Source: Isurus oxyrinchus (lineage: Eukaryota). From it: 64,000 nt of DNA. Below are positions 52,178 to 64,000 of the stretch, piece by piece (within the stretch, counting starts at the first letter, position 1; every line of letters starts with the position of its first letter). Where the stretch lies: contig JANJGN010000026.1 in assembly GCA_026770705.1 (NCBI GenBank), forward strand, positions 30,442,001-30,506,000, written 5' to 3'. The notes under the pieces were generated by a model. That model did not search any database. It was not told the origin of the DNA and worked only from the letters and a program-made list of their open reading frames with translations. The position numbers and the translations under genes were made by a program.

Positions 52178-53655
52178 TTATGCAAACTTCGTCATTAAAT
52201 ATGAGGCTAATTTGCGTCGTTGAAGCCTCCATGAATCTCCTATGGTGCAGGCGATATTGCATTTGCTCTCACCGAGGTCTCAAAATGAATGCAGCAAAAT
52301 CAGCACCTGCTGAGATTCCACGACACACTTGAGTGGATAGATGTTCGTAGTTTACTGCGCTTACATATTAGCAGCTCGTTTAGTCAACACGATAAATCCA
52401 TGGACTTTTCGATGCACTTACGAAAGTTATTCACCGTGTCAAAGGTTTCTCAGTGTAACGTGTGCTCTTAAAGACAAAGAGGGATCAGATTTATTAATGC
52501 ATCATTCCCAAGCCTATTTCCTGTAAAATTCTTTGATTTTGTTGAAATGCTGACTGTTGTGCTACATCTCACATCAGACCCATAGCAAATGCATTACCTG
52601 GTGACTTACATTCTTTTGTTTGACAATCAAGTTTGCAATTCGATGTTGTCGTTTTCAGAGAGCATCAAGTCAACCAAGGGCATCACTGTCAAATACATTA
52701 TTACTGAATGGTGGATAAGGTAAAACAAATTGCTGAGAAAAGTTTGTTGAATTTCTTCTGCCGAGGAGAAGTGTGTTCATAATGATTTACCCGGAAGTAT
52801 TGCTGCCTAAGACATTTGCTGAACCGAGCCTTCTGCATTTTGAAATTCAAACAAACAGCGGCACCAGGTGGAAACTAAGAATTGTCTTTCTGTAACAAGT
52901 GACATGACCTCTCAGTCTAACCATTGCAATCCTCCAAACATTCTGGTAGATCAGCACTATCCTGTTTCCTAGAGAAATATATATTCTGTAAAATTACATT
53001 CCCAGAACAAAATTATATTTAAACAACTGAACGAAACGACCTCTTACAGCATGTGATCCTGACAGGGCTCTGTTTAACTGTAGCAATCATTTTCCTCTGT
53101 GATATAACACCCTGGATTAATGAGTCATGGAGCAAATGTAATCAGATTGTGGAAATAATTCCGAAATAATGAGATGTTTGATCAGAAAAGTAAGCATTTG
53201 CGTCAATTCGATATGAAAACAAGAGATAAGTAAATAATGTTCATATGCATAGCTACGTATGGAACACAAGTCTAAACCTTCATGGCACTGGGCGAGGGAA
53301 ACGTTTTTAATTCAGGCAAACTAGGCTTGGTATCTGCGCAAACTCCTTTTTCAAAAGGGAATGATGCAATTAGTTGCTATGCAGAAAAATAACAAGTTCA
53401 CTAATAGAGAGAAGGAAACTGGGATTAATTCGTTGGCTCTTTAAAAAAACTGACAGAGAAAAGATGATGGAAGGGCCATTGCATGGATACATGGTGTTAA
53501 GCCATTTTATGATGACATTGTTATTGAGTCTGTCTGCAGCATTCCCAATTATAGCAGCTGAATTCCATTTGTCCCATCCAAAGAGCCAAAGCGCTGCTGC
53601 ATGACTTCACAGTTTACCATTCCAGATAGATTGACTGCAGTCATGTCTGGCCAAT

Positions 53656-53728
53656 GTTTCTGTAGTGTAGTGGTTGTCACGTTTGCCTCACACGCGAAAA
53701 ATCACCGGTTTGAAACCAGGCAGAAACC
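53656..53728 (+). pseudogene. tRNA-Val(CAC) pseudogene (T16 form)
   Basis: Mutated B box and T stem, C73. Confidence 0.85.
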
Positions 53729-55400
53729 TTATCCAAGCCTGCCAATTTTGAGAGAGGAAAATTTGTGTATGTCATGTGTGTTGTTGAATGTTACCTGAAT
53801 CTCACATGCTACAGAAATGGTGCTTTTGCTCTTACCTGGGCCTTGAAATGAATGCAGCAAAATGAGAAATACTGAAATTTCATGACATACTGAGTAGAAA
53901 TAGATGTTCGTTTTTTGACTCAGCGCGCATTTTAGCAGTTCGTCTGGCCAGCAACAGAATTTAGTGGGTTCTCGATGCAGATTTACATCGTTACCCACCA
54001 TCTCAAAGAGATGTCTCATGCTAAGGTGTGCACATAAGGACAGGCGCAAGCGATGCTTCAATTGAACCAGAGGAAATGACAGACCTGTTACAGAATCACT
54101 CCTTTAAATATTCGGTCTTCAGCATAGAGTATCAGAAAAAATGACCGAGGGAGTCATGGAAACCGAGGCACAGTGCAGATCTGCTGGCTTCCCCCTCCTG
54201 TCTTCTACATGGTTGTGATTAAGGCACCAGAAGGCTTCTCACCTGCAGCAAAGAGGGATCAAATATAATGACTGCATAATTCTCAAAACTGCTCCCAGTA
54301 AAATTCCTGCATTATGTTTAAAAGCTAATTGTACTCAATTTCAAAAGAGCACCACATGGTTTGCATTACCTGTTGATTGGCATTCTTTTGTCTATCAGTC
54401 ATGTTTGCAATTCGAGTTTCGGTGTATCTTTCAGAGAGTCTCAATTCAAATGAAGGCAGCAATAACAGATACAATATTAATATTAAATATAGAATAACGG
54501 AACAAATGCGGAGTGAAGTTTGTTTAATTTTTTCTGCCAAGGATAAGACGGATATTCCTAATAATTGAGCAGAAAGCATTCCACCCGGAGACATTTGCTG
54601 GATGGACACGCCTAGATTTTGAAGTTCAAATAAGCTGAGGCACCAGGCTGAAACGAACAGCTGTCTTCCTGCAACAAGTGACCCTCAGTCCAACCATTGG
54701 AAACCTCCAAACATTCTGGTAGCTCAGCATTGCCTGGTTTGTTCCACAAATATTTATCCTCTGTTAGATTCCGGTCCAGGATCAAACTGATTTCAAACCA
54801 AATGAAGTAAATGAAGAATTGAAGCATGCAATCTTGGCAGGGCCCTGCTAAACTCCGGAACAAACATTTTTCTCTGTAATATAGCACCCTCGATTGAATG
54901 GCTGAGGAGCAAAATGATAAGATTGTAAAAATAGTAAGGTTGAAAAATCACACTTTCGCAAGTTCGATATGAGCTAAATTGCATAATTACATCATGTTCA
55001 TCTGGCGTAGTACATGAGGAACCCAAGTCCAAATCGTCATGTGAACCTTGTGAGTTAAGGTAACCCAGGCATGGATTCTGCAGAAACGACTTTTTCAAAA
55101 GGGAATTCAGCAATTTAATGAAAGGGAGGAAAAAACTGGTACACTAAGAGAGAGAAGCAATTTGCGATGAGTTAGTGTGCTCGTTTAACAAAGGGGCCTC
55201 GGATCGGATGATAGAAGGGCCTCGTATGCCTTTGATTGGATGCACGGTGCTAGGCCATTTTATGATGACATTGTTACACGAGTCTCGCTGCAGCGTTCCT
55301 GAGAATAGCAGCTGTATTTCATTTCTCCGCAACAGGGACTCAGATTGCTACAGCGTTATAGCGCAGTTTAGCATTCCAGACAAAGCTTCGTGACGTGTCC

Positions 55401-55473
55401 GTTTCTGTAGTGTAGTGGCTATCACATTCGCCTAACACGCGTAAGGTCCCCGGTTCGAAACCGGGCAGAAACA
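55401..55473 (+). tRNA. TRNAV-AAC: tRNA-Val(AAC), A42T variant
   Basis: Same change as 50421-50493. Confidence 0.87.
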
Positions 55474-55599
55474 TTATGAAAACTTAATCATTAAATATTT
55501 AAGATAATTTGCATCTTTGAAGCTTACCTGAATTTCCAATGTTGCATGCAAATTGCATTTACTTTCACCGAGGTCATAAAGCGCATGCAGCCAATTCAG

Positions 55600-55850
55600 A
55601 ATACCTGCAAAAACTCAGCAAGTCTGGCAGCATCTGCGGAGAGGAACACAGTTAATAAATAGAAAAGAGGTAAAAGGTATATGAGTTTTATATTTCTCCT
55701 CTTTTCCAATTTTACTCAGTTCTGTTGAAGAGTCATACGGACTCGAAACGTTAACTGTCTTCGTCTCCGCAGATGCTGCAAGACCTGCTGAGTTTTCCAG
55801 GTATTATTTTTGTTTTGGATTTCCATCACCCGCAGTTTTTTGCTTTTATC
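55600..55850 (+). mobile_element. Penelope-like inverted-repeat/hammerhead insertion copy
   Basis: Copy of 1659-1912 with a 3 bp deletion. Confidence 0.65.
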
Positions 55851-57084
55851 TGCAGCAAAATCAGCACGTCTTTCGATGCAGCTTAAAACAGTTACTCACC
55901 ATGTCAAAGGTATCTCATAGTAACGTGTGCTCATAAAGACAGACAAAGAGTGATCAGATCTAATTAACGCATCATTTTCAAGCCTATTCCCAGTGAAATT
56001 CTTGCATTTTGTTTAAAAGCTAACTGCGCTCGATTTCAAATGAGCACCATATGATTTGCATACCTGTTGACTGACATTCTTTCGTCTATCAGTCATGTTT
56101 GCAATTCGGGGCTGGTGTATATTTCAGAGAGTTTCAATTCAGACGAAGGCATGAATAACAGATAAAATATGAATATTAAATATAGAATAACGGAACAAGT
56201 ACTGAGTTTCTTTAATTTCGTCTTCCAAGGATGAGAAGGATGTTCCTGATGATTGAGCAGAAAGCATTGCACTCGGAGACATTTGCTGGACGGACACGTC
56301 TACATTTTGAAATTCAAAACAAGCTGAGGCACCAGGGTGAAAGCAACAGTTGCTTCCCTGCAGCAAGTGACATGGACCCTCAGTCCAGCCATTGGAAACC
56401 TTCAAACACCCTGGTGGCTCAGCTCTGCCCAGTTTGTTCCACAAATATTTATCCTCTGTTAGATTCCGGTCCAGGATCAAAATTATTTCAAACCAAATGA
56501 AGTAAAGGAACAATTGAAGCACGTGAACTTGGCCGGGGCCTGTTAAACTTCGGAACAAAAATTTTGCTCTCGGTTGAAGGCGAATGGAGCAAAAGTAATA
56601 AGATTGTAAAAATAGTAAGGTTGAAAAAATAACACTTTCGCAAATTCGATGTGAGATCAATCGCATAATTACATCATGTACATCTGGTAAAGTATATTAG
56701 GAACCCAAGTCCAAATCGTCATGTGAACCTTGTCAATTAAGGCAGAGCAAGCATGGATTCTGCAGAAATGACTTGTTCAAAAGAGAATTAAGTGATTTAA
56801 TGAAAGGGAGAAGAAATAGCTCATTAATAGAGAGAAGCAAATTATGATGAATTCGTTTTCTCGTTTAAAAAGGGGCCTGAGATCGGATGTTGGAAGGGCT
56901 GCTTTTGTCATTGTTTGGATACGTGGGTGCTAGGCCATTTTATGAGTACATTGTTACATCGGTCTCGCTGCAGCGTTCCTGAGAACTGCAGCTGTACTCC
57001 ATTTCTCCGCAATAGAGACCCAGATTGCTGCAGCGTTACAGCGCAGTTCAGCATTCCGGACAGGATTTATGGGACTGCACGGCA

Positions 57085-57157
57085 GTTTCTGTAGTGTAGT
57101 GGTTATCACGTTCGCCTCACACGCGAAAGGTCCCCGGTTCGAAACCGGGCAGAAACA
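57085..57157 (+). tRNA. TRNAV-CAC: tRNA-Val(CAC)
   Basis: Identical to 3147-3219. Confidence 0.95.
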
Positions 57158-58639
57158 TTATGCAAACTTCGTCATTAAATATGAGGCTAATTTGCGTCGT
57201 TGAAGCCTCCATGAATCTCCTATGGTGCAGGCGATATTGCATTTGCTCTCACCGAGGTCTCAAAATGAATGCAGCAAAATCAGCACCTGCTGAGATTCCA
57301 CGACACACTTGAGTGGATAGATGTTCGTAGTTTACTGCGCTTACATATTAGCAGCTCGTTTAGTCAACACGATAAATCCATGGACTTTTCGATGCACTTA
57401 CGAAAGTTATTCACCGTGTCAAAGGTTTCTCAGTGTAACGTGTGCTCTTAAAGACAGACAAAGAGGGATCAGATTTATTAATGCATCATTCCCAAGCCTA
57501 TTTCCTGTAAAATTCTTTGATTTTGTTGAAATGCTGACTGTTGTGCTACATCTCACATCAGACCCATAGCAAATGCATTACCTGGTGACTTACATTCTTT
57601 TGTTTGACAATCAAGTTTGCAATTCGATGTTGTCGTTTTCAGAGAGCATCAAGTCAACCAAGGGCATCACTGTCAAATACATTATTACTGAATGGTGGAT
57701 AAGGTAAAACAAATTGCTGAGAAAAGTTTGTTGAATTTCTTCTGCCGAGGAGAAGTGTGTTCATAATGATTTACCCGGAAGTATTGCTGCCTAAGACATT
57801 TGCTGAACCGAGCCTTCTGCATTTTGAAATTCAAACAAACAGCGGCACCAGGTGGAAACTAAGAATTGTCTTTCTGTAACAAGTGACATGACCTCTCAGT
57901 CTAACCATTGCAATCCTCCAAACATTCTGGTAGATCAGCACTATCCTGTTTCCTAGAGAAATATATATTCTGTAAAATTACATTCCCAGAACAAAATTAT
58001 ATTTAAACAACTGAACGAAACGACCTCTTACAGCATGTGATCCTGACAGGGCTCTGTTTAACTGTAGCAATCATTTTCCTCTGTGATATAACACCCTGGA
58101 TTAATGAGTCATGGAGCAAATGTAATCAGATTGTGGAAATAATTCCGAAATAATGAGATGTTTGATCAGAAAAGTAAGCATTTGCGTCAATTCGATATGA
58201 AAACAAGAGATAAGTAAATAATGTTCATATGCATAGCTACGTATGGAACACAAGTCTAAACCTTCATGGCACTGGGCGAGGGAAACGTTTTTAATTCAGG
58301 CAAACTAGGCTTGGTATCTGCGCAAACTCCTTTTTCAAAAGGGAATGATGCAATTAGTTGCTATGCAGAAAAATAACAAGTTCACTAATAGAGAGAAGGA
58401 AACTGGGATTAATTCGTTGGCTCTTTAAAAAAACTGACAGAGAAAAGATGATGGAAGGGCCATTGCATGGATACATGGTGTTAAGCCATTTTATGATGAC
58501 ATTGTTATTGAGTCTGTCTGCAGCATTCCCAATTATAGCAGCTGAATTCCATTTGTCCCATCCAAAGAGCCAAAGCGCTGCTGCATGACATCACAGTTTA
58601 CCATTCCAGATAGATTGACTGCAGTCATGTCTGGCCAAT

Positions 58640-58712
58640 GTTTCTGTAGTGTAGTGGTTGTCACGTTTGCCTCACACGCGAAAAATCACCGGTTTGAAAC
58701 CAGGCAGAAACC
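58640..58712 (+). pseudogene. tRNA-Val(CAC) pseudogene (T16 form)
   Basis: Mutated B box and T stem, C73. Confidence 0.85.
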
Positions 58713-60384
58713 TTATCCAAGCCTGCCAATTTTGAGAGAGGAAAATTTGTGTATGTCATGTGTGTTGTTGAATGTTACCTGAATCTCACATGCTACAGAA
58801 ATGGTGCTTTTGCTCTTACCTGGGCCTTGAAATGAATGCAGCAAAATGAGAAATACTGAAATTTCATGACATACTGAGTAGAAATAGATGTTCGTTTTTT
58901 GACTCAGCGCGCATTTTAGCAGTTCGTCTGGCCAGCAACAGAATTTAGTGGGTTCTCGATGCAGATTTACATCGTTACCCACCATCTCAAAGAGATGTCT
59001 CATGCTAAGGTGTGCACATAAGGACAGGCGCAAGCGATGCTTTAATTGAACCAGAGGAAATGACAGACCTGTTACAGAATCACTCCTTTAAATATTCGGT
59101 CTTCAGCATAGAGTATCAGAAAAAATGACCGAGGGAGTCATGGAAACCGAGGCACAGTGCAGATCTGCTGGCTTCCCCCCCCTGTCTTCTACATGGTTGT
59201 GATTAAGGCACCAGAAGGCTTCTCACCTGCAGCAAAGAGGGATCAAATATAATGACTGTATAATTCTCAAAACTGCTCCCAGTAAAATTCCTGCATTATG
59301 TTTAAAAGCTAATTGTACTCAATTTCAAAAGAGCACCACATGGTTTGCATTACCTGTTGATTGGCATTCTTTTGTCTATCAGTCATGTTTGCAATTCGAG
59401 TTTCGGTGTATCTTTCAGAGAGTCTCAATTCAAATGAAGGCAGCAATAACAGATACAATATTAATATTAAATATAGAATAAGGGAACAAATGCGGAGTGA
59501 AGTTTGTTTAATTTTGTCTGCCAAGGATAAGACGGATATTCCTAATAATTGAGCAGAAAGCATTCCACCCGGAGACATTTGCTGGATGGACACGCCTAGA
59601 TTTTGAAGTTCAATTAAGCTGAGGCACCAGGCTGAAACGAACAGCTGTCTTCCTGCAACAAGTGACCCTCAGTCCAACCATTGGAAACCTCCAAACATTC
59701 TGGTAGCTCAGCATTGCCTGGTTTGCTCCACAAATATTTATCCTCTGTTAGATTCCGGTCCAGGATCAAACTGATTTCAAACCAAATGAAGTAAATGAAG
59801 AATTGAAGCATGCAATCTTGGCAGGGCCCTGCTAAACTCCGGAACAAACATTTTCCTCTGTAATATAGCACCCTCGATTGAATGGCTGAGGAGCAAAATG
59901 ATAAGATTGTAAAAATAGTAAGGTTGAAAAATCACACTTTCGCAAGTTGGATATGAGCTCAATTGCATAATTACATCATGTTCATCTGGCGAAGTACATG
60001 AGGAACCCAAGTCCAAATCGTCATGTGAACCTCGTGAGTTAAGGTAACCCAGGCATGGATTCTGCAGAAACGACTTTTTCAAAAGGGAATTCAGCAATTT
60101 AATGAAAGGGAGGAAAAAACTGGTACACTAAGAGAGAGAAGCAATTTGCGATGAGTTAGTGTGCTCGTTTAACAAAGGGGCCTCGGATCGGACGATAGAA
60201 GGGCCTTGTATGCCTTTGATTGGATGCACGGTGCTAGGCCATTTTATGATTACATTGTTAGACGAGTCTCGCTGCAGCGTTCCTGAGAATAGCAGCTGTA
60301 TTTCATTTCTCCGCAACAGGGACTCAGATTGCTGCAGCGTTATAGCGCAGTTTAGCATTCCAGACAATGCTTCGTGACGTGTCC

Positions 60385-60457
60385 GTTTCTGTAGTGTAGT
60401 GGCTATCACATTCGCCTAACACGCGAAAGGTCCCCGGTTCGAAACCGGGCAGAAACA
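60385..60457 (+). tRNA. TRNAV-AAC: tRNA-Val(AAC)
   Basis: Identical to 1460-1532. Confidence 0.95.
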
Positions 60458-60583
60458 TTATGAAAACTTAATCATTAAATATTTAAGATAATTTGCATCT
60501 TTGAAGCTTACCTGAATTTCCAATGTTGCATGCAAATTGCATTTGCTCTCACCGAGGTCATAAAGCGCATGCAGCCAATTCAG

Positions 60584-60834
60584 AATACCTGCAAAAACTC
60601 AGCAAGTCTGGCAGCATCTGCGGAGAGGAACACAGTTAATAAATAGAAAAGAGGTAAAAGGTATATGAGTTTTATATTTCTCCTCTTTTCCAATTTTACT
60701 CAGTTCTGTTGAAGAGTCATACGGACTCGAAACGTTAACTGTCTTCGTCTCCGCAGATGCTGCAAGACCTGCTGAGTTTTCCAGGTATTATTTTTGTTTT
60801 GGATTTCCAGCACCCGCAGTTTTTTGCTTTTATC
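60584..60834 (+). mobile_element. Penelope-like inverted-repeat/hammerhead insertion copy
   Basis: Copy of 1659-1912 with a 3 bp deletion. Confidence 0.65.
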
Positions 60835-62068
60835 TGCAGCAAAATCAGCACGTCTTTCGATGCAGCTTAAAACAGTTACTCACCATGTCAAAGGTATCTC
60901 ATAGTAACGTGTGCTCATAAAGACAGACAAAGAGTGATCAGATCTAATTAACGCATCATTTTCAAGCCTATTCCCAGTGAAATTCTTGCATTTTGTTTAA
61001 AAGCTAACTGCGCTCGATTTCAAATGAGCACCATATGATTTGCATACCTGTTGACTGACATTCTTTCGTCTATCAGTCATGTTTGCAATTCGGGGCTGGT
61101 GTATATTTCAGAGAGTTTCAATTCAGACGAAGGCATGAATAACAGATAAAATATGAATATTAAATATAGAATAACGGAACAAGTACTGAGTTTCTTTAAT
61201 TTCGTCTTCCAAGGATGAGAAGGATGTTCCTGATGATTGAGCAGAAAGCATTGCACTCGGAGACATTTGCTGGACGGACACGTCTACATTTTGAAATTCA
61301 AAACAAGCTGAGGCACCAGGGTGAAACCAACAGTTGCTTCCCTGCAGCAAGTGACATGGACCCTCAGTCCAGCCATTGGAAACCTTCAAACACCCTGGTG
61401 GCTCAGCTCTGCCCAGTTTGTTCCACAAATATTTATCCTCTGTTAGATTCCGGTCCAGGATCAAAATTATTTCAAACCAAATGAAGTAAAGGAACAATTG
61501 AAGCACGTGAACTTGGCCGGGGCCTGTTAAACTTCGGAACAAAAATTTTGCTCTCGGTTGAAGGCGAATGGAGCAAAAGTAATAAGATTGTAAAAATAGT
61601 AAGGTTGAAAAAATAACACTTTCGCAAATTCGATGTGAGATCAATCGCATAATTACATCATGTACATCTGGTAAAGTATATTAGGAACCCAAGTCCAAAT
61701 CGTCATGTGAACCTTGTCAATTAAGGCAGAGCAAGCATGGATTCTGCAGAAATGACTTGTTCAAAAGAGAATTAAGTGATTTAATGAAAGGGAGAAGAAA
61801 TAGCTCATTAATAGAGAGAAGCAAATTATGATGAATTCGTTTTCTCGTTTAAAAAGGGGCCTGAGATCGGATGTTGGAAGGGCTGCTTTTGTCATTGTTT
61901 GGATACGTGGGTGCTAGGCCATTTTATGAGTACATTGTTACATCGGTCTCGCTGCAGCGTTCCTGAGAACTGCAGCTGTACTCCATTTCTCCGCAATAGA
62001 GACCCAGATTGCTGCAGCGTTACAGCGCAGTTCAGCATTCCGGACAGGATTTATGGGACCGCACGGCA

Positions 62069-62141
62069 GTTTCTGTAGTGTAGTGGTTATCACGTTCGCC
62101 TCACACGCGAAAGGTCCCCGGTTCGAAACCGGGCAGAAACA
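62069..62141 (+). tRNA. TRNAV-CAC: tRNA-Val(CAC)
   Basis: Identical to 3147-3219. Confidence 0.95.
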
Positions 62142-63627
62142 TTATGCAAACTTCGTCATTAAATATGAGGCTAATTTGCGTCGTTGAAGCCTCCATGAAT
62201 CTCCTATGGTGCAGGCGATATTGCATTTGCTCTCACCGAGGTCTCAAAATGAATGCAGCAAAATCAGCACCTGCTGAGATTCCACGACACACTTGAGTGG
62301 ATAGATGTTCGTAGTTTACTGCGCTTACATATTAGCAGCTCGTTTAGTCAACACGATAAATCCATGGACTTTTCGATGCACTTACGAAAGTTATTCACCG
62401 TGTCAAAGGTTTCTCAGTGTAACGTGTGCTCTTAAAGACAGACAAAGAGGGATCAGATTTATTAATGCATCATTCCCAAGCCTATTTCCTGTAAAATTCT
62501 TTGATTTTGTTGAAATGCTGACTGTTGTGCTACATCTCACATCAGACCCATAGCAAATGCATTACCTGGTGACTTACATTCTTTTGTTTGACAATCAAGT
62601 TTGCAATTCGATGTTGTCGTTTTCAGAGAGCATCAAGTCAACCAAGGGCATCACTGTCAAATACATTATTACTGAATGGTGGATAAGGTAAAACAAATTG
62701 CTGAGAAAAGTTTGTTGAATTTCTTCTGCCGAGGAGAAGTGTGTTCATAATGATTTACCCGGAAGTATTGCTGCCTAAGACATTTGCTGAACCGAGCCTT
62801 CTGCATTTTGAAATTCAAACAAACAGCGGCACCAGGTGGAAACTAAGAATTGTCTTTCTGTAACAAGTGACATGACCTCTCAGTCTAACCATTGCAATCC
62901 TCCAAACATTCTGGTAGATCAGCACTATCCTGTTTCCTAGAGAAATATATATTCTGTAAAATTACATTCCCAGAACAAAATTATATTTAAACAACTGAAC
63001 GAAACGACCTCTTACAGCATGTGATCCTGACAGGGCTCTGTTTAACTGTAGCAATCATTTTCCTCTGTGATATAACACCCTGGATTAATGAGTCATGGAG
63101 CAAATGTAATCAGATTGTGGAAATAATTCCGAAATAATGAGATGTTTGATCAGAAAAGTAAGCATTTGCGTCAATTCGATATGAAAACAAGAGATAAGTA
63201 AATAATGTTCATATGCATAGCTATGTATGGAACACAAGTCTAAACCTTCATGGCACTGGGCGAGGGAAACGTTGTTAATTCAGGCAAACTAGGCTTGGTA
63301 TCTGCGCAAACTCCTTTTTCAAAAGGGAATGATGCAATTAGTTGCTATGCAGAAAAATAACAAGTTCACTAATAGAGACTAATAGTTCACTGGGATTAAT
63401 TCGTTGGCTCTTTAAAAAAAACTGACAGAGAAAAGATGATGGAAGGGCCATTGCATGGATACATGGTGTTAAGCCATTTTATGATGACATTGTTATTGAG
63501 TCTGTCTGCAGCATTCCCAATTATAGCAGCTGAATTCCATTTGTCCCATCCAAAGAGCCAAAGCGCTGCTGCATGACATCACAGTTTACCATTCCAGATA
63601 GATTGACTGCAGTCATGTCTGGCCAAT

Positions 63628-63700
63628 GTTTCTGTAGTGTAGTGGTTGTCACGTTTGCCTCACACGCGAAAAATCACCGGTTTGAAACCAGGCAGAAACC
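63628..63700 (+). pseudogene. tRNA-Val(CAC) pseudogene (T16 form)
   Basis: Mutated B box and T stem, C73. Confidence 0.85.
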
Positions 63701-64000
63701 TTATCCAAGCCTGCCAATTTTGAGAGAGGAAAATTTGTGTATGTCATGTGTGTTGTTGAATGTTACCTGAATCTCACATGCTACAGAAATGGTGCTTTTG
63801 CTCTTACCTGGGCCTTGACATGAATGCAGCAAAATGAGAAATACTGAAATTTCATGACATACTGAGTAGAAATAGATGTTCGTTTTTTGACTCAGCGCGC
63901 ATTTTAGCAGTTCGTCTGGCCAGCAACAGAATTTAGTGGGTTCTCGATGCAGATTTACATCGTTACCCACCATCTCAAAGAGATGTCTCATGCTAAGGTG

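Larger units (their letters stand above)
1..64000 (+). repeat. Tandem array of ~4.98 kb higher-order repeat units (about 13 copies), each with three diverged ~1.55 kb tRNA-Val monomers
   Basis: The sequence at position 1 (ttcgtctggccagcaac) recurs at 4985, and the whole ORF track recurs with a ~4975-4987 bp period (4124 bp for the deleted unit 2). Homologous blocks such as gcatttgctctcaccgagg, gttactcacc, gacatttgctg and ccattttatga recur, with divergence, three times per unit. Confidence 0.98.

Noticed and set aside
1-64000. CRISPR array or prokaryotic/phage system
   Set aside because: Repeats are kb-scale with homologous, not unique, spacers. There are no cas-like or other long ORFs, and the tRNAs are eukaryotic type (A34 Val, no encoded CCA).

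Overview
The whole 64 kb is a eukaryotic (vertebrate-type, possibly cartilaginous fish) head-to-tail tandem array of a ~4.98 kb unit, present in about 13 copies. Marker-to-marker periods are 4984, 4124, 4985, 4975, 4977, 4987, 4987, 4981, 4981, 4980, 4980 and 4984 bp. Each unit is a higher-order repeat of three diverged ~1.55 kb monomers. Each monomer carries one + strand tRNA-Val sequence: a tRNA-Val(AAC), a tRNA-Val(CAC) and a decayed tRNA-Val(CAC) pseudogene. In total there are 13 AAC, 12 CAC and 13 pseudogene copies; unit 2 lost its CAC gene in an 860 bp net deletion. About 125 bp downstream of every AAC gene lies a ~254 bp insertion with a degenerate 14 bp target-site duplication, ~57 bp inverted arms and a minimal type I hammerhead-ribozyme-like fold, resembling a Penelope-like pseudo-LTR remnant. 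A second ~200 bp insertion of unknown origin lies in the pseudogene-to-AAC spacer. No credible protein-coding gene is present. The most notable signals are the ribozyme-like insert amplified with the tRNA genes, an anticodon switch inside homologous monomers, hypervariable 5' flanks on intact but not pseudo tRNAs, missing proximal Pol III terminators, and templated-insertion repair scars. All comparisons were made by eye; no alignment or search was run.
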